Positions 18,632 to 28,778 of a DNA stretch of 64,000 nt are shown piece after piece. Position numbers and translations under genes: made by a program. The stretch's first letter is position 1; each line of letters begins with the position of its first letter. The stretch lies in the IMG/VR virus record IMGVR_UViG_3300009149_000014, positions 52,186-116,185 of that record. One strand, written 5' to 3'. The notes under the pieces are model-generated. The model was not told the origin of the DNA. It did not search any database and was given only the letters and a program-made list of their open reading frames with translations. This stretch comes from a virus.

Positions 18632-20233
18632 ATGACAACAGAAATCAAGTTGCCAACTGAGCCTAGAAGTTTTGCGATCGATCTTCCACCAGCTAATCTT
18701 CGGGCTCTCGATTTCTCAGCTCTTGATTATAACAATGCTCGCCAATCGATCATTGAATATCTTCGCACTTATTATCCACAAGATTTCAACGATTTTGTGG
18801 CTAGTAATGGTCTTATTATTTTGATCGATATTATTTCTGCAATGACTGATAAGTTATCGTTACGAAATGATCTTTTGGCTAATGAAGCTTTTCTTTCGAC
18901 TGCTGTTACTGAAGAGGCGGTTGAGAATCACTTACAATTGATTGGAGAACGAATCCGCCGTCAAACAGCATCAACTGTTGAAGTCGAAGTCACTGTTGAT
19001 CAGCCAGCCTTTACAGATGTCCGAATTCCATCAGGGGCTCAAGTTTCAACTATTGGCCCTGATGGAAATGAAGTCTATTATGAAATTTACAAAGGTCCTG
19101 GTGACTGGACTAATGAAATTATCATTCCGGCTGGTAAACGTGGTGTAGTAGCGTGGGGTATTCAGGGTCGATTTGCTGCTGCTTATACTGATATTGCTCT
19201 TGGCGGGCCGAATCAATCGTATGATCTTCCTGATGATGATATTTTGCCTGATCCAATATTTGTTGATATTACTTATGGTGGTGTGGTTCGTCGATGGAAG
19301 ACTGTGCTTGAACCGATTCAGAAATTTGGTGCTCAAGATGAGGTAGTGGAAGTTCAGTTTTTTACTACTATTGAGGGTCAACCTATAGCTCGGTTCATTT
19401 TTGGTGATGATTTGAACGGTAAAGCTCCGATTGCTGGCTCTCAAATTTCGATTTTATATCGAACTGGTGGTGGTACAGCTGGACGAATTGCAGCTGGTGC
19501 TATTGATCAATCACGTTCTGTACGTTTTGATAATCGTTCTGTTACAGTCAATTATCGTAACATCGCCCCTAGTGTAGGTGGTGCTAATCATGAATCAATT
19601 GCAGAAGCCAAACGCCGGGCTCCAAAGATTTATTCTTTGCACACTGTCGTTGTGACAGCTAATGATTATGTCACGTTTGCTAATAATTTCCAACATCCTT
19701 ACTATGGCACAATTGGTAAATCAGCTGTCATTTTGGAGACTTCTCCTAATCAAAATATTGTCGATCTATACGTTTTGGCTGTTGGTAATGATGGGTTGCC
19801 AGTTGCTGCCTCGGTTCAATTGAAAGAAGCTTTACAAAGTGCTCTTTCGTCGGTTAATGTTGTGACAGATGAAGTTCGAATAAAGGATGGATTGATTAAG
19901 GCGATCGATCTTAATGCCATTATTGTTTTGGATCGAAACTCTGATGCTCGGGTGGTGCGGAACAAGGTCAATCAAGCGTTCACCGAATTCTTTAGTTTAG
20001 AGAATTTCGACCTTGGTGAACCATTGTATATTTCGAATTTGATTGAGGTAATTGAAAGTATTGATGGCGTGCGGTACATAGATTTACAGTCTCCGAATAA
20101 GAATATTTTGGCTTCGAGTCAGCTGGCGACTGGTGATCCGAATTACGTTGGCGTGAATGAAATCATCACTTTGGGTAGTAGTAAGATAGACTTCTACTAC
20201 GACAACATCGCACCTGGCAATGCCACATTATGA
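18632..20233 (+). CDS. Baseplate wedge protein gp6/baseplate J-like
   Basis: DFSALDY, FIFGDDLNGKAP, GGANHESIAEAKRRAP, VVTANDY, IDGVRYI. Confidence 0.9.
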   Translation: MTTEIKLPTEPRSFAIDLPPANLRALDFSALDYNNARQSIIEYLRTYYPQDFNDFVASNGLIILIDIISAMTDKLSLRNDLLANEAFLSTAVTEEAVENHLQLIGERIRRQTASTVEVEVTVDQPAFTDVRIPSGAQVSTIGPDGNEVYYEIYKGPGDWTNEIIIPAGKRGVVAWGIQGRFAAAYTDIALGGPNQSYDLPDDDILPDPIFVDITYGGVVRRWKTVLEPIQKFGAQDEVVEVQFFTTIEGQPIARFIFGDDLNGKAPIAGSQISILYRTGGGTAGRIAAGAIDQSRSVRFDNRSVTVNYRNIAPSVGGANHESIAEAKRRAPKIYSLHTVVVTANDYVTFANNFQHPYYGTIGKSAVILETSPNQNIVDLYVLAVGNDGLPVAASVQLKEALQSALSSVNVVTDEVRIKDGLIKAIDLNAIIVLDRNSDARVVRNKVNQAFTEFFSLENFDLGEPLYISNLIEVIESIDGVRYIDLQSPNKNILASSQLATGDPNYVGVNEIITLGSSKIDFYYDNIAPGNATL

Positions 20234-20580
20234 TCAATTCATTAGAATACCAAACTAAAAATTGGGGTAAAACTGCTTGTCTGGGTGTCTACAATGATGT
20301 TATGGTCTGGCAAGCATTTGTCGAGAAAGGGCACAAGTGCAGTGTCCATCATCACGAGCAAGATTACAATGAAATTATCGTAGTGAATGGTATGCTTCGA
20401 ATTCACTTTTATGAGAATCCACCGAAAACTGAAGCTGAGTCTTTTATCGATTTGACCCCTGGAAGCCGTGTTACTATTCCACCGATGAAGGTTCATCAAT
20501 TTGAAGTTTTAGAAGATGGCGTGATAATGGAGCTTTACTGGCGTGACCACAACTTCGACATCGTGCGGCATAATGATTGA
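20230..20580 (+). CDS. Cupin-domain protein
   Basis: CSVHHH....E and LTPG..TIPPMKVHQF..E cupin motifs. Confidence 0.8.
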   Translation: MINSLEYQTKNWGKTACLGVYNDVMVWQAFVEKGHKCSVHHHEQDYNEIIVVNGMLRIHFYENPPKTEAESFIDLTPGSRVTIPPMKVHQFEVLEDGVIMELYWRDHNFDIVRHND

Positions 20581-20947
20581 TAATGACACGAATATTGAAT
20601 TATGGAATGTTCATTTCGACAATGATCAATTCAGTTATACATATATCAGTCAAGACAAAGCGATTCAATCGATTCAGACTTTTGCTGATTTGCAAATAAA
20701 TGATCAAATCGGCAATAAAAATGATATAATCGCTAAGATAGTTCAGAGCGTGAAGGATCAGCTCACTCGCAATTCTAGTGATGCTGTTCTTATGATTATG
20801 ATTGGGGATGCCAGAGTTTATATTAAAAGAATTACTCTGGATAGCCAAAACCCCGTGATTAAGGCATTGGTTTCTGTGTTTCCTCAAGTTAATGCTGAAA
20901 CACAGAAATTAATCAATGGATTATTCACTTCTCCATTATGTCTCTAA
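20573..20947 (+). CDS. Hypothetical protein
   Basis: ORF coupled to the cupin stop. Confidence 0.55.
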   Translation: MIDNDTNIELWNVHFDNDQFSYTYISQDKAIQSIQTFADLQINDQIGNKNDIIAKIVQSVKDQLTRNSSDAVLMIMIGDARVYIKRITLDSQNPVIKALVSVFPQVNAETQKLINGLFTSPLCL

Positions 20948-21226
20948 ATTCGGCAATAATTGATTCTTCATTTGCCGAGTAAACTGAGCCCCTAGTGCGG
21001 TAGTATCGTAAGGATGCCCCTGTGTGAACACAATTGGGGCATCCGAGTCGTGGGGTTTGAGTATGATAACAGCATCACATTCAGCTGGGACTTTCTCTTT
21101 GATGAGCTTCATTAGTTCCATCGTTGCTTCATCAAAGGTGTTTTCTGGTTGATTTTCTGCGTGTTGTTGAATAGCGGATTCAAGACTGCCATCTGCTAAC
21201 CCATCGATCGGATTTCTATCAGACAT
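20936..21226 (-). CDS. Hypothetical protein
   Basis: 96-aa ORF with protein-like composition filling the gap. Confidence 0.55.
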   Translation of the reverse strand: MSDRNPIDGLADGSLESAIQQHAENQPENTFDEATMELMKLIKEKVPAECDAVIILKPHDSDAPIVFTQGHPYDTTALGAQFTRQMKNQLLPNLET

Positions 21227-21860
21227 GATTGATACTCTCTCTGTGACTTGTGAAGACGTTTACAAAATCTGCCAAAATCATTTTGCAATAGCTGGTATAC
21301 CGTTAAAACTGGCCAAGGGAACACCCCTAGAACTTAGTTACATCTGGAAACACATTCAAAGGCTTACCAACAAGTTCGTCGAATGGAACTTCACGATTGA
21401 TGAAATCGACGCTTATATAAAAATCGTCGCCCATAAACTAAGCATGATGCCACCTAAGCAACGCAGCATCCAAAATGCCATCAAAAACGATATGCTCGAA
21501 TACTGTTATTCTGAGCTGAAACGACAAAAGGATGATATTGGTAATTTGGTCGAGCAAATCGAACGCACACATAATTGGCTCATTTCAATCGCTGGAGCCG
21601 ATACACATTTGCAAGTATCGCATTTGACTAAGAGACATAAGCCAGGTTCATTGCCCAATATCGTCTTGTATTTTCAACAAGGGCGATTGAGCAAACAGTA
21701 CATTGCGTTCTCAGGACCATGCCGCGAAGCTCTTAATGTCATTGGTCGTCAAAACACCGTTGAAAGAAATTTCTGCCCAACTGACACCGCGTTGCATTTC
21801 ATTACGCAATACAAATTCAAAAACCTCACCCCTGCTATTAGAAAAGTTATTGGAGATTAA
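21225..21860 (+). CDS. Hypothetical protein
   Basis: 211-aa ORF directly upstream of nrdJ. Confidence 0.6.
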   Translation: MIDTLSVTCEDVYKICQNHFAIAGIPLKLAKGTPLELSYIWKHIQRLTNKFVEWNFTIDEIDAYIKIVAHKLSMMPPKQRSIQNAIKNDMLEYCYSELKRQKDDIGNLVEQIERTHNWLISIAGADTHLQVSHLTKRHKPGSLPNIVLYFQQGRLSKQYIAFSGPCREALNVIGRQNTVERNFCPTDTALHFITQYKFKNLTPAIRKVIGD

Positions 21861-21863
21861 TTA

Positions 21864-24800
21864 ATGTCCGTTCTTGCCTGTGATGTTACTGCTGACACGA
21901 TACACAACTCGACGCGAATCATTCGAAATGTTCTAGCAAATTACGAATTCGACGGGGGAACGGCACAGCAATTCGAATTAAGCAACGAATTCACCCAAGA
22001 TTACGCTAATCGAGATCCTGATTTTGGATACAACGGTTTAGGTGCAGTCACTTATTATCGGACTTACTCGCGAATCAAAGAAAACGGTAAGAAAGAACGC
22101 TTCTGGGAGATGGCCAAACGAGTCGTCAACGGAACATTCGAAATCCAACGCCGTCATTGCCACAGATTCCATTTGCCATGGGATCGGATGCGAGCCCAAG
22201 ACAGTGCCCAAGAAATGTTCGAACGCATGTGGGCCTTCAAATTTCTTCCGCCCGGACGTGGATTATGGGTCATGGGCACCCCATTCATGTGGCGAGCCGG
22301 TGGTGCTGGTCTGAACAATTGTTTCGCACACGAGACGGAATTTATCACCAGGGAAGGCATCAAAAGACTTGGTGATTGTGTTAACACAACCCAGAAGATT
22401 CTGACTTCTGGTGGTAAATGGGTTGACGCTAAGATTAAAAGTTTTGGCGAACAACCTCTCACTAAAGTGGTTTTGCGTCGTGGTCGTTGGCGTAAGACCA
22501 TTTATGCTACTCCAGATCACCGTTGGTTCGTGCATTCAAAATCTCGAAAATTTGCAACAGTCGGTGCTGCAGACGATTCAAAAAATGCTTGCACTCGTGA
22601 ATGTACCACAGATGAGCTAAAAGACGGGCTTCGTTTATCGATGAATTTTGGGCAAGGAATTAATAATACCAATCTTCGCCCTAGTGCTTTTGGTGTTGCT
22701 CACGGCATTTGTTTTGGAGACGGCACTACTGGATCTGATAATGAAAGCCATGGAACTTACCTGTACCTGTGTAAGCCAAAAGATGAGCAACTAGAACGCT
22801 TTTTCTTGGCTTCTCATCGCACCGAGGCTCCCGAGAGGGGCGAACATGGTGCGATACGTGTCGCTGATCTTCCAAGGGCTTTCCGGAGGTCTCCAGACTT
22901 AAATGAGTCTATGACTTATTTGTATGGATTTTTGTGTGGTTACTTTGCTGCTGACGGAGACGTCACAGATAAAGGAACCGTGAGAATCTCGTCTTCCGAA
23001 CGTGAGAACTTGGAACTTGTGCGATCGATTTGTGCTATCCTTGGGATTGGTGTATTTGAAATCTCGCAAGGTCTTCAAACCATCAAAAAAGATGGTCAAG
23101 TCAAGAAATTCGTTGGATATCGATTGACTTTAATGGCCGAGCATCTTAATTCGGAATTCTTTTTAATCGATGAACATCGTGTGAGATTCGAAAATCGGAT
23201 TCAGTCTAGCCGCAAGAAAGTTCCAACCCATCAATCATGGTATGTCGACTCCGTTGAATCGACCTGTCGGACAGAAGAAGTCTTTTGTCCACAAGTGCCA
23301 GAAACTTACTGTTTCACACTTGCTGGGAACATTCTCACTGGTAATTGCGGATTTGTCTCCACTAATGACAACTTCCATGAAGACCCCGCTCAACCATTTG
23401 CTTTTGCTATGGACATGCTCATGCTCGGTGTTGGTATTGGCTTCGATACCAAAGGAGCGGATTACGTGATGATTCGCAAGCCAGTGAATCGCACCACTCG
23501 TTACATTGTCGATGATAGCCGTGAAGGCTGGGTTTTGGCTCTTACTGATTTGATTCACTCTTATACTATCAATCCAGAACTCGGTAGATTCGAATTCGAT
23601 TTCAGTGAGATCCGACCAGCTGGAACTCCAATCAAGGGATTCGGTGGTGAAGCATCTGGACCGGCTGAACTTGAAAAACTGTTAAATCGAGCCTCAGATT
23701 TCTTTGGCAATCTTGTCGGTCGACGCATGAACAGTGTCGATATTACTGACATGATGAATATGGTCGGTAAATGTGTTGTGGCTGGAAATGTTCGTCGAAG
23801 TGCAGAAATTGCGTTTGGCTTCCCAGACGATATTGAATATCGCTCGATGAAGAATCCAACTCGTGATCTTACACCAGAAGAAATCGGCCAATTTTACGAA
23901 GTCACCGGCAAACTGTATGCTGAAAATCGTTACGTTGCCACTTTCGACGACTTCGCTAATACCACCATCGCACTCGAAAAACGTCAACGGTGTATCGACG
24001 TCTGGAACGCCTGTAATGATCGACGTTGGGCTTCTAACAATTCAGTCTTTGCTGATGTTGGCATGGATTACACCGATGTTGGTCAGCAGACTGCTGCCAA
24101 TGGTGAACCCGGTTATATCTGGTTGAACAACATGCGAGATTATGGTCGTATGATTGATGGTCGTCAACCGGGGATTGATGGTCGTGTGATGGGTGCCAAT
24201 CCTTGCGTTGAGCAAAATCTCGAATCATATGAGTTATGCTGCTTAGCTGAATCTTTCCCGTCGAAGCATGATGATGAAGACGACTACATGCGTACTATCA
24301 AATACGCCTACATGTACGCTAAGACTGTGACACTACTCCCAACTCACAACGATCGTACTAATCGTGTAATGTTGCGAAATCGTCGAATTGGCTTGAGCCA
24401 AAGCGGTATTGTTCAAGGCTTCGAAAAATTCGGACGTCGCAGATACTTGCAGAATTTCTGTGATGCGGCGTACAGTGAGATCCGACGTTGGGATAACATC
24501 TACAGCGAGTGGCTTGCTTGTCGAGAAAGTATAAAGGTGACGAGTGTCAAACCGAGCGGCACAGTTAGTTTATTGGCTGGCGTGGCTCCTGGTATTCACT
24601 TTCCAGAGGCACGATCCTATTGGCGTCGAATGCGGCTTAATAAGAGCCATTCGTTGGTGCGAATCCTTGCCGAGGCAGGTTATCATATTGAGCCTTCTTT
24701 TACTGATCCAGACAATACAGTTGTCGTCAAATTCGGCGTCGAAGACGAAGGGGTACGTCCTGTAGAAGATGTGTCCGTCTGGGAACAAATGGACAATGTT

Positions 24801-25091
24801 GTTGCTCTACAACACTACTGGGCCGATAATGCGGTGAGCGTTACTATCAAGTTCGCTCCTCATGAAGCCAAAGACATTCCAAAGATTCTTGAACATTATG
24901 AAGATCGAATTAAAGCAGTGAGTTTCCTTCCAAAGACCAATCATGGTTACGTGCAGGCTCCTTATGAGGCTGCAGATCGCCAAGAGGTCCGTGATTACAA
25001 CGCTGGTTTGCGACCAATCGACATGTCTCAATTGCTTGAAGAAGGGGTCGGTGAGAAGTATTGTGATTCTGATAAGTGCGTTCTGAATTAA
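21864..25091 (+). CDS. nrdJ: Class II (adenosylcobalamin-dependent) ribonucleotide reductase with an intein
   Basis: YYRTYSR, FKFLPPGRGLW, LNNC, VVAGNVRRSA, GANPCVEQ, TSVKPSGTVSLLAG and C-terminal KYCDSDKC. Confidence 0.95.
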   Translation: MSVLACDVTADTIHNSTRIIRNVLANYEFDGGTAQQFELSNEFTQDYANRDPDFGYNGLGAVTYYRTYSRIKENGKKERFWEMAKRVVNGTFEIQRRHCHRFHLPWDRMRAQDSAQEMFERMWAFKFLPPGRGLWVMGTPFMWRAGGAGLNNCFAHETEFITREGIKRLGDCVNTTQKILTSGGKWVDAKIKSFGEQPLTKVVLRRGRWRKTIYATPDHRWFVHSKSRKFATVGAADDSKNACTRECTTDELKDGLRLSMNFGQGINNTNLRPSAFGVAHGICFGDGTTGSDNESHGTYLYLCKPKDEQLERFFLASHRTEAPERGEHGAIRVADLPRAFRRSPDLNESMTYLYGFLCGYFAADGDVTDKGTVRISSSERENLELVRSICAILGIGVFEISQGLQTIKKDGQVKKFVGYRLTLMAEHLNSEFFLIDEHRVRFENRIQSSRKKVPTHQSWYVDSVESTCRTEEVFCPQVPETYCFTLAGNILTGNCGFVSTNDNFHEDPAQPFAFAMDMLMLGVGIGFDTKGADYVMIRKPVNRTTRYIVDDSREGWVLALTDLIHSYTINPELGRFEFDFSEIRPAGTPIKGFGGEASGPAELEKLLNRASDFFGNLVGRRMNSVDITDMMNMVGKCVVAGNVRRSAEIAFGFPDDIEYRSMKNPTRDLTPEEIGQFYEVTGKLYAENRYVATFDDFANTTIALEKRQRCIDVWNACNDRRWASNNSVFADVGMDYTDVGQQTAANGEPGYIWLNNMRDYGRMIDGRQPGIDGRVMGANPCVEQNLESYELCCLAESFPSKHDDEDDYMRTIKYAYMYAKTVTLLPTHNDRTNRVMLRNRRIGLSQSGIVQGFEKFGRRRYLQNFCDAAYSEIRRWDNIYSEWLACRESIKVTSVKPSGTVSLLAGVAPGIHFPEARSYWRRMRLNKSHSLVRILAEAGYHIEPSFTDPDNTVVVKFGVEDEGVRPVEDVSVWEQMDNVVALQHYWADNAVSVTIKFAPHEAKDIPKILEHYEDRIKAVSFLPKTNHGYVQAPYEAADRQEVRDYNAGLRPIDMSQLLEEGVGEKYCDSDKCVLN
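22320..23345 (+). mobile_element. Intein (342 aa) with LAGLIDADG homing endonuclease, in NrdJ
   Basis: Starts CFAHETEF, block B TPDHRW, endonuclease motifs HGICFGDG and CGYFAADG, ends ILTGN followed by Cys. Confidence 0.9.
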
Positions 25092-25109
25092 CTTGAATTG
25101 ATTAGCTTG

Positions 25110-25118
25110 TGATATAAT
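25110..25118 (+). promoter_or_regulatory. Extended -10 promoter element (TGnTATAAT)
   Basis: TGATATAAT in the nrdJ-helicase intergenic region. Confidence 0.5.
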
Positions 25119-25165
25119 AGACCCTAGGTAATTTCCTCCAAAATTATCTAGGGTCTTTCTGTTTT
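25119..25165 (+). terminator. Intrinsic terminator after nrdJ
   Basis: AGACCCTAGGTAATTT / AAATTATCTAGGGTCT stem, then TTCTGTTTT. Confidence 0.7.
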
Positions 25166-25215
25166 AGAATTACCAGACGTGTTATTACCTCAGTGATTAA
25201 CCTTGAGGACTGAGT

Positions 25216-27906
25216 ATGAGAGCTGTATTGGCCGATAATCGGCATATTACGATTGATAGTATTTCGGATTACGAAATGAACATCCTGTGGGATGAATTCA
25301 CTTTTGAAGATCCGAACGTGTATGCTTCGAACAGTGCTGCTCGAAGTTGGCAGGGCAAGTATCGCAAATTCGATAGAATTAATCGAAGAGTGATGCGAAC
25401 ATTTCTAGGTCGTCTTGCCTACGTCGCCCGGAAAAACGAACTTCCATTTGAAGTCGTGGATCTTCGTCCAAAATGGAAATATACTTACATCGACGAAAAA
25501 CTCGTCGACAAAGATTTTCTGCCTGGGATTACCTTAGAAGATTATCAAATCGATGGTATCAAAAAAGGTATCAAATGTGAATGTGGCATCTTTAAACTGA
25601 CCACAGGAGCCGGTAAATGCCTTGGTAAAGACACTCCGGTCATGATGTTCGACGGATCTATCAAAAAGGTCCAAGACATTAGGGCCGGAGAATTACTAAT
25701 GGGTGATGATTCTACTCCACGTCGAGTGCTTAGCACTTGTAGTGGCCGAGAGAATCTTTATCAAGTTGATCAGATCTATGGTGATTCATATGTTGTGAAT
25801 GAATCGCACATTCTTTCTCTGATGAAATCGCCCGCTAGAAAAGGTCAAGTGTCTGAGAAAATTGATATCGGAGTTGCTGATTATCTTAATTCTACCAACT
25901 ATGATAAGCATCGATTGAAAGGATATAAAGCTCCGGTGGAATATCCCATCAGAGATGTTCAATTAGATCCTTATTTCTTGGGATTGTGGCTTGGAGATGG
26001 TATTTCGGCTGACGCATCCTTTTGTTTGCACGAAGAAGATTCGAAAGAAGCTATCAATGCTTTGTATGAATACGCCACTTCGCTCGGTTGTGTGATTCAC
26101 ACTTACGACGAACCATCAAAAGCGAACAATTATGCTATTCGTTTATACGAAGGTATTCATGCCCCTGAAGATTATGTTGCTCATACTCCTAATCCATTTC
26201 GACAAGCGTTAAAATCGTACTGCCTTATTAAGAATAAGCACGTTCCGGATGATTATGTTTATAATTCCAGAGAAATTCGTCTTCAGCTGCTTGCTGGTTT
26301 AATCGATGCTGATGGTGAATTAAACAATAATGGATATACAATCAATTTAAAGAATCGTTTGATCGTTGATTCTTGTTGTGTGATCGCTCGGTCTTTAGGA
26401 TTTCGAGCCAATGTGGTACCAAATAAAAAGAAATCACAAACAGGTTATGAAGGACAATATTGGAAATTATCTATTTGGGGTCACACTGACCAAATTCCAG
26501 TGAAAATCGATTATAAAAAGGCAGCTCCAAGGAAGATTAAAAAAGATCCTCTTGTGTATGGTATAGAATTAACTGAATTGGGTGAAGGTGATTATTACGG
26601 TTTTGAGATTGATGGTAATAAGAGATTCTTACTCGGCGATTTTACCGTTACACATAACACCGAGATAATTGCTGGTCTTTGTAAAGCGATTAATTGTCCT
26701 ACTCTCATTCTTGCAGATATGACCGTGGTGGTTGCTCAACTGCGAGATCGCTTAAAACTTCGGGAAGTAGCCTCAGAAATAGGTATGTTTTTCGCTGGCG
26801 AAAAGCCTAATGGAGAACAGATCGTCATTGGATCTATTCAGAGTCTCAATACACCCAAACCACCCAAGGACGAGCCTCAGGAACATCAATATAAGAATGA
26901 AAAGACATTCAAGCAGGCTCATAAGAGCTGGCAGTCGTCTCTTTTGGCTTATGAGACTCGTAAACGCAATTATAAAATGTTGATGGAGTATGTTAAGAAT
27001 GCTGAAATGCTTATCGTGGATGAATGTGATCGGAGTAATTCTACCACATACAAGCAAGTAATTCGCAAGTTATTCAAGGGCCGTCGTCGTTACGGATTCA
27101 GTGCTACTCCTTTTGATGATGCGAAACCGATTGCTAATCTCAACGTGGAAGAGAATTTTGGATATATCATTTACGAAATGAATCGTAAGGATGTTGAGGC
27201 TAGAGGTCGGATCATTCCTCTTAAGTATCGTATGTTGGTTTATGAAGACCCAACATATGAACTTCACAATAAGATTGCTCTTGATGAGGCGACCAATATG
27301 TTTTTGGTCGACAATGAGCGGTTGCATGATATGGTGTTTGGGATTGTTAAACACCATGCTGGCGAGAAAAATATGATTCTTGTTGACAGAATTCCGCTTG
27401 GTGAGAATTTGCTTGCTCGTGCCCAATCTATTGGTCTCAAAGCAGCCTTTATTTACGGTAAGACTGCCAAGCAAGAAAGAAACGATATTATTGACTCTTT
27501 TGCTGCTGGTGAATTAGATGTTCTAATTGGAGGGAAAATAGTTAATAGAGGGCTTGACGTCAAAGGTGGGGTTGATAATCTCATCATGGCGGCTGGCGGT
27601 AAGCTACGTTCGGACTTCTTGCAGAAGATTGGACGTGCTTTAAGGGTAAATAATAGAGGTTACAGTTACGTCTATGATGTGCTGTTCCGTTGCAATCATT
27701 ACCTTTATGAACACGCCAAGGCTCGTCTGCAGACAATTGTTGATGCAGAATACGATTCAGCAGTGAATTTTGGATATACAACAATAGATGGCCCGTCACT
27801 CATTTCCCGAAACTTCCGTCCTCCGGCCAGACCTAAGACCGGACGCGGAGGAACTCAAAAAGAAACACTATTTCATCAACGAGATAGTGGAATGGAAGCT
27901 GACTAG
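25216..27906 (+). CDS. Superfamily 2 helicase (UvsW-like) with an intein
   Basis: LEDYQ Q-motif, TGAGK|T Walker A, IVDECD, GFSATP, RGLDV, QKIGRALR. Confidence 0.9.
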   Translation: MRAVLADNRHITIDSISDYEMNILWDEFTFEDPNVYASNSAARSWQGKYRKFDRINRRVMRTFLGRLAYVARKNELPFEVVDLRPKWKYTYIDEKLVDKDFLPGITLEDYQIDGIKKGIKCECGIFKLTTGAGKCLGKDTPVMMFDGSIKKVQDIRAGELLMGDDSTPRRVLSTCSGRENLYQVDQIYGDSYVVNESHILSLMKSPARKGQVSEKIDIGVADYLNSTNYDKHRLKGYKAPVEYPIRDVQLDPYFLGLWLGDGISADASFCLHEEDSKEAINALYEYATSLGCVIHTYDEPSKANNYAIRLYEGIHAPEDYVAHTPNPFRQALKSYCLIKNKHVPDDYVYNSREIRLQLLAGLIDADGELNNNGYTINLKNRLIVDSCCVIARSLGFRANVVPNKKKSQTGYEGQYWKLSIWGHTDQIPVKIDYKKAAPRKIKKDPLVYGIELTELGEGDYYGFEIDGNKRFLLGDFTVTHNTEIIAGLCKAINCPTLILADMTVVVAQLRDRLKLREVASEIGMFFAGEKPNGEQIVIGSIQSLNTPKPPKDEPQEHQYKNEKTFKQAHKSWQSSLLAYETRKRNYKMLMEYVKNAEMLIVDECDRSNSTTYKQVIRKLFKGRRRYGFSATPFDDAKPIANLNVEENFGYIIYEMNRKDVEARGRIIPLKYRMLVYEDPTYELHNKIALDEATNMFLVDNERLHDMVFGIVKHHAGEKNMILVDRIPLGENLLARAQSIGLKAAFIYGKTAKQERNDIIDSFAAGELDVLIGGKIVNRGLDVKGGVDNLIMAAGGKLRSDFLQKIGRALRVNNRGYSYVYDVLFRCNHYLYEHAKARLQTIVDAEYDSAVNFGYTTIDGPSLISRNFRPPARPKTGRGGTQKETLFHQRDSGMEAD
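25618..26658 (+). mobile_element. Intein (347 aa) with LAGLIDADG homing endonuclease, in the helicase
   Basis: Starts CLGKDTPV, has NESHIL, LGLWLGDG and a literal LAGLIDADG, ends VTHN followed by Thr. Confidence 0.95.
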
Positions 27907-28696
27907 ATACATCTGGACTGGTACCACCAGTGTGGAATATCGAAATTCTATCATGGAACATGCGAATGAATTGATCATTCAACTTATTCGCAAGCAAGGA
28001 TTGTACAACATCTATAGGGGCCATGACCCCAGTGCGTTGAACGAATTAGTGCATGTTGCTTACATGCAAATCGAACGCACCCTCTACAAGTATCGAGCCC
28101 GACCTCATTGTCGAAGTTGTTTCTCTTGGGATCGACCGAATGCTAGTATTCTGTATGAGCCTGCTCAATTTGAATTTGGGATCACGCCCCCTGAACGTTT
28201 AGTGAAAATGCATCCAAAGTGCCCACATTGTGGGGCGGTGCTTAAAGCTGACGCTTACATTGAGCCTTCTCAAGGATTGTATGGTGGGACTTATGACATT
28301 CTATATCGTGGAATGTCTAAAGTCTTTAACATGTGGTCGCAGGTTGCTCGTACTGTCATTTTGGCTTATGTCAAGAAAGACACTCGTGATGTGCGTAATG
28401 GCGATAATTATACTGAGTTTATTAATCGCAAGCATTCTAGCGGCAATAATGAACAATATGTCAGTGCTTTGATGCAGGCTAAAGCCGAAATGTGGTTTAA
28501 TCCTGAGTATTGTGCTGTGGTAGATGCTTTGGTTGAACTTTCAAGTGAGTCTGATCCGGATAAGAATTTCAAGAAGAAACTGTGTACCATCTCTGGAGTC
28601 GAACGTAAAACTGTGGATCATGCTTTGATCGTACTGCAAGTGATGTTAGAATTACATGCAGAGAATTTCAATGCAAAAGAATTACGATGCAGTTAA
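27788..28696 (+). CDS. Putative late sigma factor (T4 gp55-like) with a zinc-ribbon insertion
   Basis: KHYFINE, LNELVHVAY...LYKY and SKVFNMWSQVARTVILAYVKKD resemble gp55 region 2; CRSC/CPHC lie between them. Confidence 0.55.
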   Translation: MARHSFPETSVLRPDLRPDAEELKKKHYFINEIVEWKLTRYIWTGTTSVEYRNSIMEHANELIIQLIRKQGLYNIYRGHDPSALNELVHVAYMQIERTLYKYRARPHCRSCFSWDRPNASILYEPAQFEFGITPPERLVKMHPKCPHCGAVLKADAYIEPSQGLYGGTYDILYRGMSKVFNMWSQVARTVILAYVKKDTRDVRNGDNYTEFINRKHSSGNNEQYVSALMQAKAEMWFNPEYCAVVDALVELSSESDPDKNFKKKLCTISGVERKTVDHALIVLQVMLELHAENFNAKELRCS

Positions 28697-28778
28697 AATA
28701 TGTTAGTGATGGTGCGTTCTTTCCTTATGCGTGGGGAGATCGTGTCAGTTCATTTGTTGACCCCAAGGAACGAGATAG

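Noticed and set aside
1-20233. Bacterial contractile injection system or tailocin
   Set aside because: Terminase, portal, protease, capsid and replication genes are linked, so this is a phage.
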